NCBI GenBank assembly: GCA_002633005.1 | Contig: NMRA01000032.1 | Coordinates: forward strand, 848,911-912,910 | Source of the DNA: Phoronis australis | Lineage: Eukaryota > Animalia > Phoronida | Direction of reading: 5' to 3' | Length of the DNA: 64,000 nt | Shown here: positions 35,701 to 47,083 of the stretch, one piece after another | Layout: each line of letters begins with the position of its first letter | Numbering within the stretch: position 1 is the first letter of the stretch | The notes under the pieces: model-generated | The model's input: only the letters and a program-made list of their open reading frames with translations | Databases searched by the model: none | Told to the model about the DNA's origin: nothing | Made by a program: the position numbers and the translations under genes

Positions 35701-38378
35701 AATAAAGGCGCTTTCCTGTTAGGCCAGTTTCAGTTAGTGTCATTTTTCGTCAGATGTGTATTCATTTGTTTATTTACACGCGTCTAGAGAGAGCAACGCT
35801 ACAGTAACAAAGAACACGTTTTGCGGGATGTCTCATTGCGTTTCGCACCATCCTACATCATTGCCGTTACCTTTATCAATAACTTTGCCAACAATCTGTC
35901 TCAACCTTTCCCACTACACCGAAGTTTTGGTGAGTATTGAAGCTTCGCTTTTAAATCCAACTATTTTCATCAGAGTTTCGCTTGAAGATTCCCATTGTAA
36001 CTGGTGAGAAAGCACTGGGCATAAGAAACCCAAATTACTATTTAGTTCACGTCCAATAGCTTGATTGATGCTACAATGGTTAAACTTATATAATGGTAAT
36101 GCATCAATGAATATTTACACAGCTCTCAAATTCCACTGGGAAATCAATACTATTGAATGTCAAATATTTAAAATTCTCTTTTTCTGATGTATCTAATAAA
36201 TTCCTGAGTGGACGTGTTAAGATCAAATTCAGCTCTTTATGAAAGTCCATTACCGGCTGATTTCTAGTTAAAGTTTGAAATACATCATTAATAGTATAAT
36301 GTGGATTCCATTTAGTAACAATAATATTATATTAAAGACACTATAAGCTTGCATTTCATCAAAAAGTGAACTTTTCACTTAGACTTGTAAGTTGCTGCTC
36401 TAACTTGGTCTCAACTCAAGGGTTTGAAAAAGAACTTACGGTTTGTTATTCCTTAAGACCATGTGCGATACTGGTAAAGCCTGTAGTAACATACTGTTGG
36501 TTCTTTCGTAACCATGAAATCACATCTGATTTGACAATATGAAACAATTTGAGACCAATTTCACAGCAGAAAGTAGTCTAAACCACATAACAAATATCAC
36601 CAGTACAGTTTCAACTCTTGGCCTGAGCTTTTCCGAGATCAGATAACAACCTAAACTATTGTGAAGTACTCTCCTGATCTTTTGTTAGAGCTCGCAAGTC
36701 ATAAAGCAATCGTGTACACCAGTTACCCAACCTCAGTGGAATTTATCATTCCTCTATAAAACAGAAAAACACAATGTCAACAACTTTTCTCAGGTAATTC
36801 AACTTCAGAAGTCAAACATATTGAAAAATCACCGGGTTTAGCCCACAGTAGTTCAATTTATTTCAGGCCTTATTTTATCGCCTTGAATTCATCCCCAGTA
36901 CAATAATTGCCTGCTCTGCACAAAGGAAGTTAGAACTATGTTCCTCTCTATAAGACATTGAAAGATTCTGTCTACCATTACCTGTGGACAAATCTATTGA
37001 CAAAGTACACACTGTCACGGTATGGGCCAAGTTTCTAATGAAAAGTTGGGGTTTGTAAAGTAAGGCGGGTTCATAGCCACCTAAAGACCATTTAAGCACT
37101 TTTTGTAGTGGACAAGCCTATAGATGCTTTATTTTCCTCATAGAAGATTTGTACTTTATAAACAAGCAAAAAATATCGCATGTCCACATTTTCAGTATTA
37201 AATGATTTTTTTTTATTTCTCACTTACACAAGGTCGTCCAAGGAAGTCTTTGATTTCTCCAATTCGGGCAAAACATGAGAAAGAAAGCCCTTTGACAGAA
37301 GATTTACATTTTCTTCATTCACTGTATATCCATCTGAAAATGAATAAATAAAGTTAAGCTAAGAAGACACACATTCAATATAGTTACATCTTTTAAAACC
37401 AGTCACAACATGGGAGCCTTTGGAGGTATTTCAATACAGCAAGTAATGGCCAAACTAACATGATTATTGCACTATATAGAATGACTGAAGTTCCAGGATT
37501 GACTCTACAGCTAGACACGGTCAAGCATCTCACTGACTGCGGACAAGAAAAACTATTTCTAAAATTATTTTTGTTTGTCGCATTGGGACACATGCAGAAA
37601 GTCGTCATTTTTAGGTTCGCTACTTTCGAACAATCCCACTTTGCCGACCTCATCTGTTACCAAAATCATTGGAAACAGTAGCTTTTACTGGAAAATTTGC
37701 GTAGGCGCCTTCGGCAAAACTAACAATCAAAAATGCTCTGAAGTTGACCATCTTCATTTTACCTAATAATCCTTGAATGGGTTTTAACTGAATTCATATC
37801 CCGGAAATTTCTTAAAACATTGTATACTAATTCAGTAAAACCATGAAATTTATTACAAAGTTTAAAATGACATCTTGTGTTTTGTATTAGGCTGGTACAT
37901 CAGCGCCATCTTTTGTAAACAATCTTTGGAATCACTGATCGCCAGTAGCTCAGCTAATCTGGTATGAACAACTCAGTATGCATTGTTGAACACTATCCTA
38001 GGAATTGTCGTGACATTTAAAGACACATTCAATATCAATGGATACTCAATCAATACTGTCAGGCACGTGTAACCACCAGACATACATTCATTTTTTTGGT
38101 AATCTAGCATTCTAGCTACGGGTTATAAATTATCTACAAATGATGAGAGCCAAATAGCAACTATAATTCAGTGGATGTAACTGGTTCTCAATGACGTCCG
38201 GATAATTGAGAAGTCTTACTGTATATCCTGTTTTCAGCAACAGGAACATTAATGGGATAGCATGACAAAAAATACCTTCTAGACTATGTTCATTTTGATG
38301 TACTGCATCATCAGTGTTTGCTGCTTCATCAGCTGGAACAGACCCTTCATCTTTGGCTGAGTCCTCTATCTGATCCAT
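32730..38378 (-). CDS. BLOC1S6: Biogenesis of lysosome-related organelles complex 1 subunit 6 (pallidin), 167 aa
   Basis: Exons 38276-38378, 37228-37333, 35264-35351, 34203-34289, 32730-32849 join in phase: MDQIEDSAK...VNLLSKGFLSHVLPELEKSKTSLDDLVKHQGILLETVYSENQKFDEC...YYNKLLTIKRDMSTLHDRAARLKKTALRFQQQKQREAL...EREKQLIAKPAKSK*. Matches recalled pallidin (LLSHYLPDLQRSK; EREKQLTARPA). In-frame TGA upstream of the ATG; AATAAA on the minus strand near 32545. Confidence 0.93.
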
Positions 38379-38877
38379 CACTCATTAACGGGTTTCAGAG
38401 GTAGCACTATGACTGACTGATCAGTGTTGACCACAATGTAGGGGATTCAGAGGAAAGTCACAAATTTGTCTTCAAAGACTGTGCCCTCATTGCAGGACCA
38501 GGGACGCGAAGACTAAGGATCAGGGGTTATATTACATGACAGACAAAAGCTAAAGCTCTCAGTAAAACTAAGTGGTAAAATCTTGCGCACACGTTCTTCC
38601 AAACAGTCGTTAATTTTGCCTGTGGTCAGTAATGAGTGTTCAGTCCAGTGACTGTCTAAGAGGCTTCCGGGTCATATGAAGCCACACATATTTTCTGTAG
38701 GCTATATAAGACTGACCTTAAAACAAATATTTTATTATCAAGTGATTTTAAAAGAACACAAAGTAATTCTTGGCTTATGACAATATGGTTGTCTCGCTAT
38801 TCCGCCTAGTTGTTGTTTTTGATTCCTCATTTTTTAACAGTTGTGTGTCTCTAGCTCACCTCTAGTAGACATTCAAT
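38379..38877. promoter_or_regulatory. Putative bidirectional promoter/5'UTR region shared by BLOC1S6 and PSMB4
   Basis: Only 499 bp separate the two divergent start codons; ETS-like cttccgg near 38665; caatatggcg at the PSMB4 start resembles a YY1-type motif. TSSs cannot be located from sequence. Confidence 0.6.
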
Positions 38878-41800
38878 ATGGCGACCAATTTCGTGACAGG
38901 GCCGTTTTGGAACAACGGACCAAGTCCTGGGGGGTATTATCACTTCCCTGGAAGTGTTACTACATCGCATAACACATCAAAACAACACACACTGTAAGTA
39001 GCAATTGTGGTTATTTGTTTTTTTTCTTTTTTGCTTACTGACTTCACGCACAGCAGCTCCTCTCCAGAATAGTGGTAGAACGTCAATTTTTCCAACACCG
39101 GTAAATAATTTAGTGTACTCAAGGAAGGGTCTAGTTTTTAATGACACTAATTTTGTGTCAGATTTCATCTGGTAAGTTTTTACCCACATCGGCGCAAAGC
39201 TGTATATTTAGTATACTGCTTTGTACCAAGGCTACTTCACCCACTAACCCGTGGATAAATCGATTCAAGGCCATATTCGAGATTCGACTGTTACGGGCTA
39301 AAATAAAATTGTCTTGTCACTTACCAAATGCCAATTGAATCTCATATGCAAATGGTTATTTAGTTGTGCTAAGTAAAAAAGGAATCATCAAAATCAGACC
39401 GTGTTCGAGAAATTTGTAGATTTTTTTGTCTCTGAATTTCATGCATTTTAGCGTTACGAGTGGCCATTTTAAAAAATCGAGATAAGCTGTGTGTGGCATA
39501 GGTGTAGTCATAAGGTGATGACTGACAATGTAGTCAGCAACTCAATGACACTGACGTCGAACATTGCCAATGAGAGCGATGCCGCTGCCAGTGACTACAA
39601 TGCCACCAACACTGAATATAACGATGATGCCGGTGAGCTGACAGTAATGTCAGTGCCGAACGTGGCTTTCATGGTGTTAGTACCGCAGCTAACACTGCTA
39701 AGGACAAAATTCACAGCTAACAGGTGAAGGACTAGGACATCACTGACAAGCTAAATAGACTATCCAATGCCCGCAGCGACATCGCTGACATCGCTGTAGC
39801 TGACATTTGATAACCAAACCACTGATGACATGACGCTGAACCCAGAGAGCACAGTCGCAAAAGTAATCCCTGTCTTTGCAAACTACAACTCCCCCAATGC
39901 CAAAAACACCTCTGAGAATTTGCATTGATATATTGGCAATTCTGCCGATGACCATAAAAAGATAAAAAAATCCACTGTACATTTATGTGGCGGATCGTTC
40001 ATGTGAACAACGTGATGGTATAGTACACATGTTGTTCTAGAACCCTCAGATGTATGATTGCGCTAGAGCCTGAGAAACTTACCACCAGTGTCGGCTCCCA
40101 GTAATACGAGAACAGGAAGTAGAAGGGAGAAACTGATTGAACACCCCAGATAGCCCTTGAGATATATCTACATACCAAATATCAAAAAAATGATAATACC
40201 CTTTTAAGTTAAAAAAGTTTTAACCTTTGTGTTTCAGATCACCGACGACCACTGGTACATCAGTACTCGGTATCACTTTCAATGGTGGAGTAATCATCGC
40301 AGCCGACATGCTAGGCTCTTATGGATCCATGGCCCGCTTCAGAGATTGTCCTCGTGTGATGAAGGTTAATGAAACTACAGTGATGGGCGCAAGTGGTGAC
40401 TACGCCGACTACCAGTTCCTGAAGTCGATCATCAATCAGAGAGTGTACGCACCTCCAAATTTATTATTTTATTTTCTTTTGTATCGCTAGTTCTACATTT
40501 AGTTTATAAACTTCCATAGTGTTAAAAGAAGACTAAACCCATTTTGGCCTATTGACCAACAATGACTTCCTATCTTTCTCCCATACAAAGTAATGGTCTG
40601 TAACCTCCGTCAGCCATGTTTGAAAAGTTCTTAGAAAGTCGGCTAATTTGACAAGCATGGCTAAAGGTTTATGTGAGCTATATGGCAACTGTAGGAAGTG
40701 CATTAAAAATCACCGAACCTAGGACCTACGTTATGAGAATGACTCACTTGCCTTATGTTTACTGCAGTATCGATGATGAGCTGAATGAAGATGGTTTCAA
40801 CTACACGCCAAAAACTCTTTTCTCATGGTGTACACGTATTCTCTACAACCGAAGGTCAAGATTCAATCCCCTCTGGAATACACTGGTCATTGGAGGGTTA
40901 GAAGGTGGAGCACCGTAAGTCTCATGTCAAAAAACTGCGTTGTTCTATTGGTTTGCTAGGAGTTTTGAATTAATGGTATATCAAATTCTCCTGTGTGCCA
41001 GAAGTAGGAAGACTGAGAAAGTAGTAGTGAGGAATCGCTCTGATGGATAGCAATTCTGTTTTGAGTTTCTTTTTACTGAAATTTTGAAGTTTTGGAATGG
41101 AATATCTGGTCTTGCATTTTCTTAAGTTTCCATCGAAATCCAACATTCCCAACATTTCATTTTAGAAACATTACTTCATTCTAAAGCAATCAATTTTAAT
41201 TTAACATACACTTGAATTTATTTGATCACCTTATATGTAAATGTCCCACTTAAGATGTAGCATCTTAGAAAAATATTGAAATTTGGCTGAATTTGGAACA
41301 TGTTCCTCAGAAATGGGCGACCGGTTTCACATGAAACTTTCTGGTACTGTGCTTTATGCATTGTTCTCTAAAATGCTGTTATGTATTGTTCTTAAAATGA
41401 TCCACTTTTGCAAGAGGAGCTATCAAAAAGGACTTTAAATGGTTTTCATAAAAAATCTCTAAAGTTGCATCAAACAAAATGACAACTTTTAGAAAACTGT
41501 AAGCAGTGTTTTCGAGATCTCATCTTGAACATTCGTATCAAATGATCATATTACTGGTGACACTGTTTTGTTGCCACTGTTTCTTTTTGTTCAATTTACT
41601 AAGAAGACATGGTCACATGACTCAAACAATAGCTGATTTGTATAAAGACAAGAATTGAATTTAATAGTCTTTCTCCTTTCACAACATATAGTTTTACCTA
41701 GATATATTATTAGTTTACTTGATATTGGCTGAATACACAGACTGATCGGTTAAATTCTACGTAACATTCATTTTCTTGTAGAGCTGTGTTCTTTCTAGCT

Positions 41801-44800
41801 GTGTTTACTGATATTTAAGTCTTCATGATTGATTTCAGGTCGTGCATCAAAACTTCCTGGCAGTCTGTAACTTATATCTAAGAGGAGGCAGTGTGGCTTG
41901 ATTGATAAGTGCCCGCTTTCTTTACTCGAGGTCGTGGGTTTGAGTCCCACCAGGTCACACTGCTAAACCCTTGAGCCAGGTTTCTAGCTCCTCAGCTTGG
42001 TTTTAACGATATATTAATAAAGCATAAAAATATTTCCAGGTGATCAGTGCAATGGGCCCACATGCGAGGCCTGCGCATGTCTGGTACAACATGTATCAGA
42101 CCGCTTGCAAGTATTTTTTTAAAACTTATATCTATCTTTACTCTGAGTGTGCAAAATTAACAGCCGAGAATGAGATCCAGGAATACATAAAATCCACATT
42201 TCATTTTATCCATCCAGATTCCTGGGCTACATCGACAAGATTGGTACCGCTTTCCAGGCACCATCTATTGCCACTGGATACGGAGCGTACATTGCACAGG
42301 TAACCAAAGTAGATGTTTTGCCTGGAGCCGGAGTCTAATCTTTGTAATCAAAAGAATTTTTGACATTTTTCATTCTGCTTTTGTGAGAATTCATTAATTG
42401 TCGTTTATTCTGTGATCGAGTACATTATGGTTTGTGTGTGAGTTTTTAGTCCCGAGTTTGCACTTAATGACCCCTAGATTCGAGCTGCATACTCGAGTTT
42501 TTACTCAAAATCTCAAAATTTCTCGAGTTCAGACTCGAACTTTTAGCCTTAATGCTGGAGTCATCTAGTGCAAAATAGGATTAGACATTTATCCACTTAA
42601 GCCATTATCTACTTGAGTTTAGAATAAGAGACACTTACCATGAGTGCACTTAAAACAGCAATAGAAAATGGTAAAAAGTAATTTGGAGTTCGATTTCGAG
42701 AAAGATTAGACCCAAGGCCCTGGACTTGTTCTAGACTAGACCCGAGGCCTTGGACTTCTATACCGGACCCGAGGCGCTGGACTTGTTCTAGCATGGACTT
42801 GAGACCCTAGACTTGTTCTAGCATGGACTTGAGACCCTAGACTTGTTCTAGACTAGACCCACGGCCCTGGACTTATTCTAGACTAGACCCCTAGGCGCTG
42901 GACTTATTCTAGAGTATACCCGAGGCCTTGGACTTGTTCTAGACACTGATGTTCTACTGCTTCTGGTATCGCACTTCCAAGAAATGCAATGTGAACATCT
43001 CTGGATGATGGCGGGCACATCAAAGAAACGTCGATATATACCTACTGAAGCAGTTTTCAATAAACTACCAAGAGACTCGGCAACATCCTTGTAGGCTTTT
43101 CATGCTCTAACCGGGAGTGACACCACCTCGTACTTTGCTAATCATTCGAAACGATTATTATGGAAGGTGTTCTTAGAGCATCAGGTTGCTTAAGAATCTA
43201 GGGATTGGTGAACTCACAGAGGAAACTATGACGTTTTCAGAAGCATTTGTCTGCAAGATGACGGCAGAATATACTCTGTAGATGTAGCATGCCATTTACT
43301 ATTCTCCAAAGCCATGAAACCAGAAGCCTTTCCCCCAAATGCATGGTGCCCTCCGTTGAGAGAGTGCACTATCAATGCTCATTGTCTCATCCCCGAGCTC
43401 CCAGCACCTCTGATATGGGATGGACAGTTACACAGACTCAGGACTTCAGCCCATACTGATGACACAGAGTCCTATTCCAGACAGCTGCCTGGAGATGGGA
43501 TCATGTGCATGCCATAAGCGATGCAACACTTACACGATACAAATGCAGAAATTCTGGATTATGATGCAAATCATTATGCACATTCCAGCTCAAATTCACG
43601 ATCAGTCAGACTCCTTGTATGAATACAGCTTGAATTGCTTCACGCATGTTAAAAAGTACCAAAAAGTGAATGCTAAAACTGTGTTCAGCTGACCCAAAAA
43701 CAATTCATACAACTGACAGTCTAATAATAGCCGTTGATGTCTTAAATAGCAATAACTATTTTTGATTCTTTATGAATGAAAGATTACGGAATAGTGTGAA
43801 CATTTGTCCATGTATTCTGCCAAACTAGTGAGACCTTGCTGAATGAGCGTTGCAGACTAACAACTATATTTTCTACATTCTGTATGTATCAAAAAATTGC
43901 TTCAAAAGTGTCTTTATCATACTTGTTGACCATGAAAACATAAGTACAAACACCTTATTTTTCAAATTAGCCTGCAGGAGCACAAAGTTACAACAAAAAT
44001 TGCATTGTATGGTAATGACGTCACCTAATTTGCATAATTAGTTTTTGGATTTGCAAGTTTTTAAATTGCATGTGTGATGTATTTATAAGAAGTGTACAAG
44101 TGAGGCATTTCACCATTTTAAATGATATGTTGTGATTTCTGCTGAAAGGATGTACCTGAACTTGACAATTTGGGTGTCATTTTGTTTATGCTAATTATAT
44201 GGTCAAATATGCAAAATTCGGCTTGGGAACAGGGCTAGTTGAATTTGTCATAGCTTGCTTGTATTTAAAAGTCTGGTTTACAACTTTTACTGAAAAATGC
44301 TTCTAGAATCTTATACAGGGCTCTTTTGTGGAAATGCGTCTAGACTACTAAGATGTCCTAGCAAAATGGCAGACATTGAAGTGATTTGTTGGTGGTGTTT
44401 AAACTTCCTGTATGTGGTCAGAAGCAAACATTTCTTCAGCAAGTGCCTGCACAGATGTCTTCAGTCTAGCAATGCAGTCCAAGCTTGTTGACCAGACATA
44501 CACAATTTTGCGAAGTAATCTTGGTTTATGATGTAAATGTTGACGTTACGTTCGTTGCAGCCTCTGTTAAGAGATGCCTTGGAGAAAACTCCAGAGATGA
44601 CGGAAGCGCAAGCCGTAGAGGTGATTGAAAGGTGTCTGAGAGTTCTATTCTACAGGGATGCTAGATCATTTAACAAGGTATGTCAGAGCTAAGCTTCAAG
44701 AAGTTGAAAAGCTGCCCACGATTATATAGATTATGACCAAACAATGTTTCAACATATTCAATGATCTTAAAGGTGTAGCTTGAAGGCCATCAACAGACAG

Positions 44801-45917
44801 TAGTGATCTGTACTTGAAGATGATTTATGGAGTTTATCAAAACGTCTTAATGCAATTAAGTGTCATCTTTGTTTTCATATTTTTGCTCCTGTTTGACTAA
44901 AGTGTTACATGGGAACAAACCTAGTTTACAATTGTATTCAGATTATGAATTTACAGAAAAAAACATCAACAATATCAGTATTACCGAATGACATTTCCTG
45001 TCCTTGTTGTTACCGCACGTATACAGGCTTACTTCTTGTATTTTTTTCTATTTGCTGTTAGTATTTCCCTTTACAAACTGTGTCTTGATGTAGCGCAGCA
45101 TAATAGGCTCAAAAGGCCATACCATCTGTTCAAAGTCGGTTTCTTTCCATTTCCTTGTGCAAGGCTACCATTCAAGAGGCCGTTGCAGTGTCTTGAGTAT
45201 CGTGCTAAGGTTTACTGCTGTCATTTCAGTACCAACTGGCCATCATCACAGCCGCAGGAGTCAGGATTGAGGGACCGAAGTCAGCGCAGACAAACTGGGA
45301 AATAGCTTCAATGGTCAAGTGAGTGAGAACCTGTCTTTACACCATTCTAAACTTTGTTTTACCCTGTCAACGAGGATCAGAGGCAACCGGAGCTCTTAAA
45401 TCTTTTAAACAAAATGTTCTCTAACCCTCATCACTGCTTAAGATTTGCCAAGGTGGCAAGCTTTACTGTCGCTTTGGGCGAGTTACTTGGGTATGGCAGT
45501 AGAAACAGCTTTCCTTGAAGACAGAATCAAAGAACTAATTTAGTGACGAAATGAAGACACGTTTTGGCTGAATACCACTATTATCTCCCAGAGGAAGCAT
45601 CAATTGTGCAATGACACGGTGTCAATCGGTTTGGATGAAATCACTAAACCAGAGTTAAATGTACTTTTAATGGTCAATATGCACGCAATCCTTTGTTAAC
45701 CTCAGTCAAGTAGTGTATCCAAAACGTGGACCCAACATAAAAGTTCTGATCAATAACCAAGTCCAACTGGAGTGACCTGGACATTAACTTTGGAGACTTT
45801 GAGTTAATTAGTTGGTATGTGATTGTACAGCTTTGATTTGCGAGAAAAATGGATGCCAACAGATTTATTTATCAACTAATGCTTTGGTGTGGTTTCACTT
45901 TCAGGGGATATGAATGA
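38878..45917 (+). CDS. PSMB4: Proteasome subunit beta type-4 (beta7), 256 aa
   Basis: Exons 38878-38993, 40238-40444, 40768-40914, 42218-42299, 44561-44677, 45230-45318, 45905-45917 (771 nt) join in phase: ...[37 protein letters not shown]...ASGDYADYQ...[13 protein letters not shown]...FLGYIDKIG...[15 protein letters not shown]...LFYRDARS...[12 protein letters not shown]; diagnostic beta7 motifs. Confidence 0.97.
41885..41995 (+). mobile_element. tRNA-derived SINE head (degenerate A and B boxes)
   Basis: ggaggcagtgtggcttgattgataag (A-box-like) ... gaggtcgtgggtttgagtcccaccagg (B-box-like), then a cccttgagccagg tail; does not fold as an intact tRNA. Confidence 0.6.
42707..42944. repeat. ~30-bp minisatellite, about 8 copies
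   Basis: Unit approx. tagacccgaggccttggacttgttctagac; explains the spurious ORFs 42609-42794 and 42878-43060. Confidence 0.9.
42942..44347 (+). mobile_element. 5'-truncated AcademX-like DNA transposon remnant (XPG/FEN1-like nuclease and Cys-rich tail pseudogene)
   Basis: Reads [11 protein letters not shown]...[15 protein letters not shown]...[26 protein letters not shown], then [47 protein letters not shown] with stops and frameshifts; putative terminus gcgtctagacta at 44347. DTD and H3TH-like (ALTGxD) motifs plus a Cys tail fit the known AcademX architecture. Confidence 0.7.
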
Positions 45918-46043
45918 GCAGTTAGTTAGCTGCTGAAAGGAACTTGATGTTGTACAGACAATGGACTTAAAGACTTTGTAGGATACCTGTTGTGTTAAAG
46001 GAGGCATCTTTATAACAAAAAAAGACAGGATAGAGGATTTTAA

Positions 46044-47083
46044 AGGAGAATGCCACCTGATTTATTTCCTTTTTTTACCGTCTTAATCGGTCTATATCCA
46101 TATCACCTCGTATGTGGTCGATCACACCTTGCCGAGAGGTTTCGCGTTAACCTGTGCAAAAGGTGAGTAAACGACGCAGCTGTCATTGGTTCTCGAGCTA
46201 ATTGTGTGCCGCAATGGTGTGGCATATCGTTCCCGCCTTTGCGAACCATGAAGCTGCGAGGAAAGCGGGTATTTTGTTTTTTCGATTTCCTCGAAAACCC
46301 GAAATAATTCTGAAATGGCTCGCCGCAATAAAGAATGAAAATTACGCCGATAATACCAAGTATGAGGCCATGACATATCTCGGTGTCTGTTACCGGCATT
46401 GCTCTGTTTCCGGCATTGCTCTGTTTCAAAATGAATTATTCTCACTAACCAATGTTTTTATAAAACTGAAGTACCCGTAGATACAATTTGTGAGTGCAAC
46501 TGTTTTGCGAAACCAACAATGAATAAATCAGTTTGCGTTATCGGCTTCAGGTGCAATAAAACTGTAATTGACCGGGCACCCAAGAGCGTGTGAGCGCATG
46601 CTAATTCAGTGTTTGCCGACAGAAAGCTGTTGTGAAACTGTAATTCGATTTTATATGCCATGGTCAGATGTTAGAGGAATCTTCATTTAGATAAATATAT
46701 ATTATTACATGGCGAAGTCGTTATCGCAACCGACTTGGGTAAGATGGCCTACCGAACTTTGTATGCTACATTTAATTAAAAATTTTTATAAATCAGTAAC
46801 ACGGAAATGAAAGAACTCTTTTAATTAAAACGTCTATGTATTTGTAAGGGTTCAACATTGAATTTTGATAATTTACTGGGGTAAAGCAATGAAGTGAAGC
46901 AATTAGCTGACACCAGTATGCGTATTGTGAGCTGCTGAACAGACTGTCAGAACCTATGACGTCATTGGCTAATTTCAGCAGCTCCATCTGGTGTTGGGCA
47001 AAAGAACTGATTTTGCTGTTATCGAGTGGATCTACTCGATCTAAAATGATACAAAAGACATAATTTTTTGGTGGCATTCTCCT
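46044..47083 (-). mobile_element. Kolobok-type MITE, 1040 bp, intact ends
   Basis: TTAA(46040-43)|aggagaatgccacc ... ggtggcattctcct|TTAA(47084-87): perfect 14-bp TIR, TTAA TSD and purine-purine terminus typical of Kolobok; second copy at 18917-20314. Confidence 0.85.

Noticed and set aside
35756-36007. Possible antisense nested exon in a BLOC1S6 intron (GTGAGT donor near 35930)
   Set aside because: No convincing acceptor, partner exon or protein motif.
41885-41960. tRNA gene
   Set aside because: A/B boxes are degenerate, no convincing acceptor or anticodon stems, and it continues into a SINE-like tail.
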